Positions 46,984 through 56,136 of a stretch of DNA of 64,000 nt are shown here, in pieces. The position numbers and the translations under genes were made by a program. Each line of letters begins with the position of its first letter. The first letter of the stretch is position 1. Source of the DNA: a virus (Duplodnaviria > Caudoviricetes); IMG/VR virus record IMGVR_UViG_3300042258_000341, positions 64,001-128,000 of that record. One strand, written 5' to 3'. The notes below the pieces were generated by a model. That model was not told the origin of the DNA and did no database searches. It saw nothing but the letters and a program-made list of their open reading frames with translations.

Positions 46984-47532
46984 TTATATTTTCCTTTCTG
47001 CTTGCATCAAATAAGTTCGCACAACCCAAGATTTCTTTATCGGGGAGGGAATAAGGAACTGATCGTGAAAAATATCTGCTTTTTTCAGAGGTTTTACAAT
47101 CCCGGTATAACTGTCGTAAGGGTTCTTTTCAAAAATATCTTCCAGAAAAGAATCGAAAAGTTTTTCTTTTTCCGGATCATTTCCGAAAGCATTTAATACG
47201 CCTGAATATGTTTCCCAATCAATATAATACCCAGCATTTAAAGCGTAATCCCAGATAGTAGAATCGATTGCAACAATGTGTTTTTCCGGGACATCCAACA
47301 CCCACAGCCGTTCTTGTTCGAAATTTTGCACTTTGTTGTTTTTATTTGCACAAATAACCGGGTTGCCGTAGCACCAAATCCAATTGTTCGCTCCAAGTTT
47401 CTTGTAGAGGAAGTCATAGGCTTTTCTAATTTCCTCTGAGTAATCCGCATCGTTGTAAAATTCAGAGAGCTTTAAATCAGTAGCTTCTTTTACAAGATGA
47501 AAATTAAGTGGGTGTTGAGTATAAAGATACAT
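46984..47532 (-). CDS. Hypothetical protein (DUF3841-like)
   Basis: LYT.H, AY..L, IWC, LDVP, D...W...LN. Confidence 0.5.
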   Translation of the reverse strand: MYLYTQHPLNFHLVKEATDLKLSEFYNDADYSEEIRKAYDFLYKKLGANNWIWCYGNPVICANKNNKVQNFEQERLWVLDVPEKHIVAIDSTIWDYALNAGYYIDWETYSGVLNAFGNDPEKEKLFDSFLEDIFEKNPYDSYTGIVKPLKKADIFHDQFLIPSPIKKSWVVRTYLMQAERKI

Positions 47533-47537
47533 TTTAT

Positions 47538-47909
47538 TTAATCTTTCAGGTATTTTCCGACATAACTATATACCTTTTTATCGGTCACTTTTTCAAAAGA
47601 AATGTTTTCTTTCTCAGCAACCATATGTCGGAGAGTTTCTAAGAGTTGTGCTTTTGTGGCGGTTTTTTTAACTTCCGGCAATGACTTTAAATGGAGGCAA
47701 TCCAGATGCGATTTCTTCTCTTTCAGGAGCTTACGGAAAATATCACAATTGTCTGCAGGTTTTTTACTGAAAAATCTGGAAGGACAGTCTGGTTTTTCAT
47801 GTGCCACACAAGGCATTTTATCTTCTATCTTTAAATCGTCACAGGTGCAAACTTTTACAAGATTCCCTTCTTTATCGAAACACGAACACTTACTTTTCTT
47901 TATCGACAT
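47538..47909 (-). CDS. Hypothetical protein
   Basis: ORF. Confidence 0.6.
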   Translation of the reverse strand: MSIKKSKCSCFDKEGNLVKVCTCDDLKIEDKMPCVAHEKPDCPSRFFSKKPADNCDIFRKLLKEKKSHLDCLHLKSLPEVKKTATKAQLLETLRHMVAEKENISFEKVTDKKVYSYVGKYLKD

Positions 47910-48366
47910 CTGTATTTACCTCCGGGAAGCGATTTTCTTCGGAAACATCTTCTGTATGTCCCGGGGAATAACTTGTTTGTATGTAACTTTCTTCTTGATG
48001 AGCATTTGCTATCAATTCCCCTTGAAGTCGGGTAACTTCCGCTTGAAGTGCGTCTATTTTATCCAGAAGCGACTTTTGATCTTCAAAAAACCGATCATTT
48101 TCTTCCAATTCATCTTGCGTTTCCAGAATCAATTTGGCAACAATGAAGTTGTAATTATTTTCATTTTCAAAAAGTTGCCGGATATTATTTCCTAATGCCG
48201 AGGGTTTTTGCACAAGAATCGAATAAAGCTGCATGTTTACAAACATTTCTTCAGAGATAATTCTTTCGTCCAACATTTTTTCAAGGAAAATATTTTTTGC
48301 TTTGTTTATTTCCACTTGGAGATCTTCAGCAGTTAATTCCCAGTATTGTAAATCCATATTTGTCAT
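47890..48366 (-). CDS. Hypothetical protein
   Basis: ORF. Confidence 0.65.
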   Translation of the reverse strand: MTNMDLQYWELTAEDLQVEINKAKNIFLEKMLDERIISEEMFVNMQLYSILVQKPSALGNNIRQLFENENNYNFIVAKLILETQDELEENDRFFEDQKSLLDKIDALQAEVTRLQGELIANAHQEESYIQTSYSPGHTEDVSEENRFPEVNTDVDKEK

Positions 48367-48367
48367 T

Positions 48368-48628
48368 TTATATAACCTCCGCCATTTGTAATCTCCAGCC
48401 TAAATCGTAATTTTCTCGAAAAGCTGAGTTTAAATCTTCCACTTGTTGCCAAATTTCTCGCATTTTATCTTCAGTGACTTCTTTATCTGCGTAAACTGTA
48501 ATCCAATACCTCGGTATAGTGTTCACACCTAAATCCCTAATTCTTAAATCCATAGAATCCTGTTTAACATTAAAGTTTGCAACAAACTTTGTAATTTCTC
48601 GGTAATATTGTAAATTGGCAACTTTCAA
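48368..48628 (-). CDS. Hypothetical protein
   Basis: ORF. Confidence 0.6.
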   Translation of the reverse strand: MKVANLQYYREITKFVANFNVKQDSMDLRIRDLGVNTIPRYWITVYADKEVTEDKMREIWQQVEDLNSAFRENYDLGWRLQMAEVI

Positions 48629-48629
48629 C

Positions 48630-49007
48630 TTACGAAGAGTCTTTTTTTTCTTCCTCGAAAACTTCTTTATCTTCTTCCGAAAAGAAACCTCCTTTATTTT
48701 TTAATATTTGCAAATGCTCCCGGAATTTTACAGGGTCATCTGAATTTAATTCAGAATAAGAAGGTTTAAATTTATCTATCAATATTTCAATTTGTCCGAA
48801 AATAACCGGTTTATGTTTTGTTATCCAAATACCGAACAGCCAATGTGGTAATTCTTTTATTCGAAAATGACATATCGCCGCAGAACCCGCATTGAAAATA
48901 AAATAATGACTGTAAAACCGCACATCTGTAACCGTAAAAGGTTTAAGACGAGACAAAAGCTCACAATGTATTTTTTTATTCCGTTTCTTTATGTCCCTTT
49001 GTCTCAT
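48630..49007 (-). CDS. Hypothetical protein
   Basis: ORF; WLFGIW, IDKFKPS. Confidence 0.65.
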   Translation of the reverse strand: MRQRDIKKRNKKIHCELLSRLKPFTVTDVRFYSHYFIFNAGSAAICHFRIKELPHWLFGIWITKHKPVIFGQIEILIDKFKPSYSELNSDDPVKFREHLQILKNKGGFFSEEDKEVFEEEKKDSS

Positions 49008-49285
49008 TTATTTTTTCTCCATTTCACAATTGCTTTTGCAATTTCGTAAGGTCGATCATTCCGGTATTCGATAGCATGTTCTATTTCTTGGATCAATTCT
49101 TTGTAATGCGCAATAAAGTCTTGTAATTCTTTTATCGAATGTTTCCGTAATTTCTTTTGGTAAGCAATAATTTTTGTGCAAGTCGAGCAATATGCTGTTC
49201 GATAGGACTTTTCCGGGGAGTAATCTTGATAGCATAAGGGACAGTTCTTTACTTTTTTCAATATATATTCTTTTTTTGTTTTCAT
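49004..49285 (-). CDS. Zn-finger hypothetical protein
   Basis: CPLC..YCSTC; start at ATGA overlap. Confidence 0.6.
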   Translation of the reverse strand: MKTKKEYILKKVKNCPLCYQDYSPEKSYRTAYCSTCTKIIAYQKKLRKHSIKELQDFIAHYKELIQEIEHAIEYRNDRPYEIAKAIVKWRKNK

Positions 49286-49632
49286 TTTCTTGCTCTCCAG
49301 AATTTGAATTCCCCGATTTCCCCGCAAGGTTTTATTTTCCCCCCGGCGTAATATCTTTGTCCGTTGTAACATCGCCCTTCAACCCCGTAATGGCAGTTAC
49401 TACATCGCTGAATAGCATTAGCTGTTAAAAGAGCCTTTATTGCTTTTTCCGGGAGTTCTCCTTCCGGGTAAAGAGAGAGAATATAATTTACAAGAATGTT
49501 TTTTTCTCGTATCAGCCGAGCAACCAAAGGATTTTTTATTTTTGTGTAATCCGAAGAATCGAAAAAGTAATTTTCCAAATCTTTTGTGAAATCTTTAGCT
49601 TCATTTTCAGGGGCTATTTCATTTTCTTTCAT
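49282..49632 (-). CDS. Hypothetical protein
   Basis: ORF with AGGAG RBS after class B promoter. Confidence 0.65.
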   Translation of the reverse strand: MKENEIAPENEAKDFTKDLENYFFDSSDYTKIKNPLVARLIREKNILVNYILSLYPEGELPEKAIKALLTANAIQRCSNCHYGVEGRCYNGQRYYAGGKIKPCGEIGEFKFWRARK

Positions 49633-49688
49633 ATACTTATTTCTCCTATATTTAAGATATACTGCAGAAATAAAATTATTACAGAAAT

Positions 49689-49862
49689 TTATTTTCTTTT
49701 CAGAGCTTTTTTGATCATTTCCAACATGTCTTGATCTGGAGTGTGTGCCTCGAAGAATTCCGCTTCAGCTTTTACCCAAGAGAACAAGGCTTCTAAAGCC
49801 GTTCTTAGGTTTTGATTTTCGAGCTTTAAATCCTTTATTATTTCTGAAGTTTTAATCTTCAT
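49689..49862 (-). CDS. Hypothetical protein
   Basis: ORF. Confidence 0.55.
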   Translation of the reverse strand: MKIKTSEIIKDLKLENQNLRTALEALFSWVKAEAEFFEAHTPDQDMLEMIKKALKRK

Positions 49863-49887
49863 ACAAGCTTTTTCTTCTTTCAAACAA

Positions 49888-50190
49888 CTAATCACTGTCT
49901 GCCTGAGTTAAGTCGAAATCTTTTATTTCTGCAATAGGAGTGTATTTGTTGAATTCGACACAGTCTTGACAGTTTTCACACCAGCCAGACATATGTATAC
50001 ATTCTCTGCAGCTTATTTTTTCGAACTTTTTTTCGAATTCTTTTCTTTCTCAGACAAAATGTTCTCCATATTTATTCACATACAAGACAAATGGGAGTTC
50101 CGGCGTACGATTTGAATTTGTAGCATTTCTCACAAAGAAAGAGATTACTTTGTAGATTTGTTGATTCTTTTTATTTCGATACGTCTGCAT
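49888..50190 (-). pseudogene. DUF1653-like gene with an in-frame TGA
   Basis: MQTYRNKK..YKV..NAT..VLY..GEHFV*ERKEFEKKF; TGA at 50050-50052 replaces the expected Arg. Confidence 0.6.
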
Positions 50191-50202
50191 TTTTAATATT
50201 TC

Positions 50203-50601
50203 TCACTTTTTAAGATTTATTTCTTGTATTCCAAAAGTTTCTTTTTTCCCAGAAGATAAAAGAAACTGGAACTCATCTGCAGTCACAATTGGAATATCTT
50301 TCAAATACAACTGCATTGTTTCGATATCCCAATTAGAGAGAACAACAAGATAATTGCCTTCTTTTTTTATCATTCCCTGTATTTTAGGATCAGACCTAAC
50401 CCTAGAGATAAGAGTGACTTCTGTAATACTGCTTTCTTTTAAAACAGGCTTTTCGACAATTTTTATTTTCACTTCAGGAACAATATTCTCCAAGACCAAT
50501 GCGGAGAAAGACAACCCCAACAGAAGCCCGTAAAAAAACCATTTTATTTTCAGGTTTCTTTTATTTTTTAAAGACTTCATCTGCTTTTCGGACAATTTCA
50601 T
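50203..50601 (-). CDS. Membrane-anchored hypothetical protein
   Basis: N-terminal hydrophobic segment. Confidence 0.6.
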   Translation of the reverse strand: MKLSEKQMKSLKNKRNLKIKWFFYGLLLGLSFSALVLENIVPEVKIKIVEKPVLKESSITEVTLISRVRSDPKIQGMIKKEGNYLVVLSNWDIETMQLYLKDIPIVTADEFQFLLSSGKKETFGIQEINLKK

Positions 50602-51460
50602 CTTCGATATCTGGGGAACAAATTGCGTCTTTGAGTGTTCTCAAAAGAGTTTTATGTAGCCGCAGTCCTTTTCGATTAATTCTCTTCACATGTTGAGAGA
50701 CATTTGTTTTAAAAACAATAGCATCTATCCATTCTACAACATGTGGGGGTGGTTGCATACTATATTTTACTTTGTTCAAAACGGCAAGATATTCTTGATT
50801 TCGTATTTCTTCAAAGAGACAAAAATCAGAAAATTCTTGATCCCAATATGTAAAAGGGACGAAGAAAGATTCATAATTTCCAGATACAGAAATTCTTTCA
50901 AAGAACACAGAATCTCCTATTCGATAGATTCCTTCTCGACCGTAGACAACATCTTTCTTTCTCCACATATCGGTATTTATTTTTACGGTGCCGCCTTTAA
51001 GATAGCCCGGTAGCGGGAGAACTTTTAACTTCTCATTTTCTGTAAAGAGAATGTCTTTTGTTCTAAGTATTGCGTTCACTCTCCAATATCTCGGCTCTTC
51101 GTTTGTTGCAAAAAGAATTTCACATTTTCCAAGATAGTCCGAAATTTCTTTCAGTTCTGAAGTGCCGTATCTATCAAGTTCTTCTGGAACCCCTGTTTCC
51201 ACCCCCTCCCCATCGTAAATAACATACCGGGACTTCTCGAACCATAGATGTCCACTGGGGCGCATAACAATCCCATCGAAAGGAAACCATACTCCCGGTT
51301 TATTCGAATTTCTACCTGTCGAACGGTAAAATAATTGTCTTTTTTTATCCGGGTAAATAGCTACAACGAAGTCCCTACCTCGGAAAGAAAGATTTATGTG
51401 GTATAAATGTATTTTGTTATATACTCCTAGATTTTCGTAGAACTTAAGAAACTTTCTCAT
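50561..51460 (-). CDS. Hypothetical protein
   Basis: FYRSTG.NS..G.WFPFDG motif. Confidence 0.7.
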   Translation of the reverse strand: MRKFLKFYENLGVYNKIHLYHINLSFRGRDFVVAIYPDKKRQLFYRSTGRNSNKPGVWFPFDGIVMRPSGHLWFEKSRYVIYDGEGVETGVPEELDRYGTSELKEISDYLGKCEILFATNEEPRYWRVNAILRTKDILFTENEKLKVLPLPGYLKGGTVKINTDMWRKKDVVYGREGIYRIGDSVFFERISVSGNYESFFVPFTYWDQEFSDFCLFEEIRNQEYLAVLNKVKYSMQPPPHVVEWIDAIVFKTNVSQHVKRINRKGLRLHKTLLRTLKDAICSPDIEDEIVRKADEVFKK

Positions 51461-51776
51461 GTTTATTACCCCCACATTTTTCACAGGGAACGGATTTCCC
51501 GTTGTTTCGAAAATAAAAACCAGTGTTGTTACATTTCTTACAGAAACGGGGCTTTTTTCTTTCAGGCTCCCTTTCCGGAATAGAGTCGGGAGAGTCTTTT
51601 ATCGGATAGAATTCGTGATTACAAGCTCCGTTTGTGGGAAGGGAGTGGAAATGAATGCATTTGTGACAGGGGGCTGTGCAAAGTTTTGTAGCAGAGATTG
51701 GATTTGCAGCGGGATTCCCTTGTATTTCATCTACAACAAGAGTTTTTGTGTGAGAATATAATTCAGGTATTTGCAT
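51444..51776 (-). CDS. Cys-rich protein with CxxCxxxG finger
   Basis: CKKCNNTG..PCEKC. Confidence 0.6.
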   Translation of the reverse strand: MQIPELYSHTKTLVVDEIQGNPAANPISATKLCTAPCHKCIHFHSLPTNGACNHEFYPIKDSPDSIPEREPERKKPRFCKKCNNTGFYFRNNGKSVPCEKCGGNKHEKVS

Positions 51777-51779
51777 TTT

Positions 51780-52298
51780 TCAACTTCCACTTTTTCGTAG
51801 TCGAAATAATTCTTTATCCGGTATTTCATCGAATCTTCGAACAATTTTCATGCCGTAACAAATAAGATTCAAAGGGACTTGCTGACTTATTGCTTCCATA
51901 TGGTCTTTCCAAGTACTTTTAGGAAAATCACCATCTTCAAGGTAAGCTTGAACAACAAAATCAAATCCTTTAGGACTTACTTGCAAAATATCCGGGGCAA
52001 CCCCGTTTACTTGTATAAAAAGATCAATTGCCTCAGCAAGAACTTTCAAGAATGATTCTTCTTTTTTGGGGTAAAAGGCTCGAAGAGTTTCTTCTTTATT
52101 TTCTTTTATTTCCTGCAATTGTTTTATCCAGAAAGCAAGATTAAAATCTGCGATATGGAACTGTGTGTTCCATTGCTGAGTATTCGGATCGTAACTTCCT
52201 TGACAGAGCCAAATAGAAAAATGTTTGTCCCCTCGCTCAAAAGGGGTTAAAACTATTTCCTGATCATCGCCTATTGGCAGTCGTATTTCTTTTTTCAT
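51780..52298 (-). CDS. Hypothetical protein
   Basis: ORF. Confidence 0.7.
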   Translation of the reverse strand: MKKEIRLPIGDDQEIVLTPFERGDKHFSIWLCQGSYDPNTQQWNTQFHIADFNLAFWIKQLQEIKENKEETLRAFYPKKEESFLKVLAEAIDLFIQVNGVAPDILQVSPKGFDFVVQAYLEDGDFPKSTWKDHMEAISQQVPLNLICYGMKIVRRFDEIPDKELFRLRKSGS

Positions 52299-52343
52299 AT
52301 TTATTTCCTTTATTTAAGATATACCTAGAAAAATGAAAAATTT

Positions 52344-52655
52344 TCAGTCTTTCTCTATTTCTTTTATAAATTGTTCCATATCTTCTATATCTTTTTCGGA
52401 ATAATACTTAGGTTCCCGCCATTCCCCTATTTGTCGGGGATCAACTTCTTCAACTTTTCGCACAGGTCTTATATGTGCAATAAGAATAGGATTTCCGAAT
52501 TTTCTCCAAATCGGAATAATATTCTTTGCTTCCCGTAAAGTAATAGATTCCCCGGAATAACTTTGTATGCAATCTGAAAAAGCTCCAACTCGAATGAATT
52601 TTCTTCCGGTTGTTGCTGAAGTATATATTTTTATTGTATTTCTTTTTTCAACCAT
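52344..52655 (-). CDS. Hypothetical protein
   Basis: ORF. Confidence 0.6.
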   Translation of the reverse strand: MVEKRNTIKIYTSATTGRKFIRVGAFSDCIQSYSGESITLREAKNIIPIWRKFGNPILIAHIRPVRKVEEVDPRQIGEWREPKYYSEKDIEDMEQFIKEIEKD

Positions 52656-53998
52656 TCAAAAGCTTCCTCGAAAGAGTTATGTTCTCCGTCTAATTGCAAT
52701 TCGTAGGCTTTTTTAAGAACTACGCCCATTTCTTTACCCGGTTTCATTCCCAGTTCAATCAAATGTCTTCCAAGAAGAAACGCAGCCGGTTTCTCAAGCT
52801 GGACATTCAATTCTTTAGCTATTTCGATCAATTCCGGGCAAGGATGTTTCTTAGGCAGCGGGGGTCTTCCGGAATGATCCGCTTCAATTAAATGTGACAA
52901 CAATTCTATTGTTGTTTTACCCGATATTCGAACAGAAAGTCTTCTTACCGCCCGGGGGCTTAACTTTCCAGAAACATGAATCATATGTTCTTTTGTAAGA
53001 GTCGCAACAGCTTCTGTTATTTCATTCGGAGCACCTATTGATTGCATGAATGAAACAGCCAAGTCATATCCCCTTTTATCGTGTTCCGGGGAGGAGATTC
53101 TTCCAGCTTCATTGAGACAAGTTGTAGTTACTTTTCCGAAGTCATGGCAGAGAGCGGCGAAAAGAAGAATTGTCCTGTCTTTTTTCGAGAGCTTTTCCCG
53201 GATTGCAATTTTATTTGCAGCATCAACGGTGTGTAAGGTATGGAGCCAAACACAGCCCTCGGGATGCCATTCTTTATCTTGTTCAAGCCCCACAAGATTA
53301 TTTATCTCCGGATATAGTTCAAGCCAACCGATATCTTGCAATGCTTCTAACCCTGCAGAAGGAACTGTGCTCTTCGATGCCCATTTTTCCCATTCCCCCC
53401 AAATACGACTTGGAGGTAGAGAAGAATATTCCGGCAGAATAGATTTGCAAATGTCACAAGTTTCATCTGCAACATACATATGAAATCTCCCGGCAAATTG
53501 CATTGCTCGTAAAGGTCTTAAAGGATCTTCTACAAACTCCGAAGAAACATGCCGTAAAACTCCATCTGCCAGATCGTAATTTCCGTTATGTGGGTCGATG
53601 AGTTCCCTTTCCGAAATAGAATACATAATTGCATTCATTGTAAAGTCTCTACGGGAGCTTGCTTTTTTTACCGTCATGGTGGGGTCAACTTCAACCCGGA
53701 AAGATTTATGCCCCACTCCTGTTTTAGAATCACTCCGAGGTAAAGAAAAGTCGTATTCATTCCCTTCCGGGCAGGTGAATTTAAGAACCCCGAAGGATTC
53801 CCCAACTTCTTTTACAGTCCCGTAAGACTGTAAAATTTCCGAAAGAATGTTTATCGAAAGCCCGTAAACTTCGACATCGATATCTTTCGGATCTTCGTAA
53901 AGAAGGTGATCCCTCACTGCTCCGCCTACAATGTAGGCTTTCCCGTTTCGAGAAGTTATTTCAGAATTAATTTCTTGTAATATTTCAGGGATTTTCAT
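52631..53998 (-). CDS. cca: CCA-adding tRNA nucleotidyltransferase with HD domain
   Basis: VGGAVRD, DIDVE, RRDFTMN, EDPLR.LR, HPEG.VW.HT, HDFGK. Confidence 0.92.
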   Translation of the reverse strand: MKIPEILQEINSEITSRNGKAYIVGGAVRDHLLYEDPKDIDVEVYGLSINILSEILQSYGTVKEVGESFGVLKFTCPEGNEYDFSLPRSDSKTGVGHKSFRVEVDPTMTVKKASSRRDFTMNAIMYSISERELIDPHNGNYDLADGVLRHVSSEFVEDPLRPLRAMQFAGRFHMYVADETCDICKSILPEYSSLPPSRIWGEWEKWASKSTVPSAGLEALQDIGWLELYPEINNLVGLEQDKEWHPEGCVWLHTLHTVDAANKIAIREKLSKKDRTILLFAALCHDFGKVTTTCLNEAGRISSPEHDKRGYDLAVSFMQSIGAPNEITEAVATLTKEHMIHVSGKLSPRAVRRLSVRISGKTTIELLSHLIEADHSGRPPLPKKHPCPELIEIAKELNVQLEKPAAFLLGRHLIELGMKPGKEMGVVLKKAYELQLDGEHNSFEEAFEWLKKEIQ

Positions 53999-54012
53999 AT
54001 TTTTTCACCTCT

Positions 54013-54048
54013 TTATTTATATATAGTAAAAAACGGAAGAAAATTTCA
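54013..54048 (-). promoter_or_regulatory. Class A phage promoter motif (3 of 5)
   Basis: Same motif, upstream of cca. Confidence 0.75.
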
Positions 54049-54126
54049 CTCTTTTTTTGTAGAAATTATTTTTCCGTCCGAAGTTGTTTCAAGGTAGTAA
54101 TGATATAGCCTGTGAAAATAGCAAAC

Positions 54127-54152
54127 AAAGCGGTCTTTTTCAAGACCGCTTT
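54127..54152. terminator. Hairpin terminator
   Basis: AAAGCGGTCTT / AAGACCGCTTT. Confidence 0.7.
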
Positions 54153-54212
54153 TCAACATCCTGTTTTTACAGCCCGGATGTGAACACGGATACCATTTTT
54201 CGGTTTCTTTTT

Positions 54213-54446
54213 TCATAGAAATTTCCTGTATTTTTCTACAGTTTCGGAAATGTCTTTCAAAGCATTGCGCAAAGAAACATCATCCGAAACAACAATGGCT
54301 TTATCCAGAGATCCGAAATGTGTTTCCAGAATATTCAAAAGGAGTTGTTTTATTGCATCTTCGTCCGGGGAATGTCTTAAAGTTGATTTCTGATAAAGGA
54401 TGTCAAGTTCTTTTTCCGATTCATTTCTCTTAATAAATGTTACCAT
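54213..54446 (-). pseudogene. C-terminal fragment of a probable nucleotidyltransferase, truncated at the IS
   Basis: E.ELD.LY..S.LRHSPD...I..LL resembles the C-terminus of phage pol-beta-type NTases; N-terminus not found. Confidence 0.45.
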
Positions 54447-54449
54447 TCA

Positions 54450-56126
54450 CTAAGTAAAGTTCACAACAGAAAATACGTCTGTTATGGAAGAATCTTTCGA
54501 CGCAAGAGAAAAATTCTTTAAGAATACATTTCTTGCTCCGTTTAAATCCCTGTCTATTTCTAATCCACAAGAACATTTCAAAGTTTTCTTAGAACCAATA
54601 TTCTGAACTTTCCCGCATTTACCACATGTTTTGCTGGTGTAAGCTTCGTTTACCTCAATAATTTCACAAGAATACTCTTGTGCCTTGAATTTCAGAAATT
54701 GCTTGAACCTGTAATGTGACCATCCAAGCATTGCTCTGGCGACTTTTGAATGAAGTTTTGTTACCATATTTGATGTTTCAAACGATGGTATTAAAATACA
54801 ATCAAAATTTTTTACCAATAACAACGCTAATTTATGGTGTATTTCTGAAATCAAGTCTTTAATCTTCCAGCGAATTCGTTTCAATTTAAGATTATATCTG
54901 TTTGTTGCTTCTTTTTTACGCCTAGAATAAAGCTTATCTAAAATATAACATAAGCGATAAATTCGAGAAAAATCCGCATTACCAACTTTGGCAGCAAAAG
55001 AATCAGAATACAAGGTTTGAAATGTTCTCACACCGGGGTCAAGAGCTACGACAGGGAGCCTTTGGTTATCAGGTCTTTTGACAGCTTTATCTTCCGGTTT
55101 AATTACAAAATAACGACCATTTTCTAAAATTACACGACAATCATATTTAACTTCTCCAATCTTTTCTCTAAGATTAATAATTCCTGTGAGGGTGTGATAA
55201 AAACCAGCTTCTTTAAGTGCAGACTTAGGAATAAACAGATTAAAGTCCGCATTTTTACGAGAACGAAATTTTACTTTTTGAATTTTTCCAGTTTGCTTAA
55301 ATTTGCGCTTTGCATTTTTGGTTGCATCACAGGCATCTTTAATCGCAATGGATTTTATCTGATATGGCACTTCTTTCGCCCAGACTGGCAAACCATGAAT
55401 TAAATCTGTTTTTATGGCTTTCCAGTCTGCCTTCGTATTAGGTTGTCTAAGATACTCAACCGTTTTATTGAAAGAATATCTAGCTACGCCAAACCATTTA
55501 AACAGAATTGTTTTCTGTTGTTTCGTTGGATAAAATCTTATCTTTCTTGAGCGTTTCAGTGTATTTTCTGAGTCCGTGAATTCTACACGAGAAAACCGTG
55601 ATGATTGATAGCAAGTCTGTGACGAGTTCTTGTTGTGGGGAACTTTTACTGTCATCGAGAACCACGAGTTTAACATTGTGTTTAGTGAAGAACCACTCAA
55701 TGAGTTCAAATCCAAATCTACATAATCTGTCTCGATGGGCAACCACAACTTCTTTGACATTTCCAAGACTTGTTTGTTCCAAAAGCCACAGGAACTGTTT
55801 TCTTTTGAAGTTGATTCCACTTCCGACATCAAAGATAATTTCGTGTTCTGGGTAATGCTTTCGCATAAATTCTTTTTGGCGTTCAAGGTCATCTTTTTGT
55901 TTGTGTGATGAGACTCGGCAATAGCAGAAAGCCTTGCAGGTAGAACTTGATTGTTCGATGCTTGAGACATCATACAATCTTTGTCCTGCGGGATTTCTGA
56001 TATACTTAATTTTCCCATCATCAGCCCACTTTCGTAGAGTGTTAGCACAAACTCCAAGATGCTTAACCGCTTTTCTTGACGGTATAAACATTTGTTAACC
56101 CCCTGTAATGAATGGTAGCATATCAA
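54450..56126 (-). CDS. tnpB: TnpB RNA-guided nuclease, Fanzor2-like type (true start uncertain)
   Basis: KIRFYPT HTH, LDPGVRTF, ILIPSFE, VNEAYTSKTCGKC, DRDLNGARN. Confidence 0.9.
   Translation of the reverse strand: MICYHSLQGVNKCLYRQEKRLSILEFVLTLYESGLMMGKLSISEIPQDKDCMMSQASNNQVLPARLSAIAESHHTNKKMTLNAKKNLCESITQNTKLSLMSEVESTSKENSSCGFWNKQVLEMSKKLWLPIETDYVDLDLNSLSGSSLNTMLNSWFSMTVKVPHNKNSSQTCYQSSRFSRVEFTDSENTLKRSRKIRFYPTKQQKTILFKWFGVARYSFNKTVEYLRQPNTKADWKAIKTDLIHGLPVWAKEVPYQIKSIAIKDACDATKNAKRKFKQTGKIQKVKFRSRKNADFNLFIPKSALKEAGFYHTLTGIINLREKIGEVKYDCRVILENGRYFVIKPEDKAVKRPDNQRLPVVALDPGVRTFQTLYSDSFAAKVGNADFSRIYRLCYILDKLYSRRKKEATNRYNLKLKRIRWKIKDLISEIHHKLALLLVKNFDCILIPSFETSNMVTKLHSKVARAMLGWSHYRFKQFLKFKAQEYSCEIIEVNEAYTSKTCGKCGKVQNIGSKKTLKCSCGLEIDRDLNGARNVFLKNFSLASKDSSITDVFSVVNFT
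55498..56091 (-). CDS. tnpA: IS607 TnpA serine recombinase
   Basis: HTH, YCRVSS..QKDDLERQ, GSG, DRLCRFG, DLLSIITVFS. Confidence 0.95.
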   Translation of the reverse strand: MFIPSRKAVKHLGVCANTLRKWADDGKIKYIRNPAGQRLYDVSSIEQSSSTCKAFCYCRVSSHKQKDDLERQKEFMRKHYPEHEIIFDVGSGINFKRKQFLWLLEQTSLGNVKEVVVAHRDRLCRFGFELIEWFFTKHNVKLVVLDDSKSSPQQELVTDLLSIITVFSCRIHGLRKYTETLKKDKILSNETTENNSV

Positions 56127-56136
56127 TCACTTGTTG

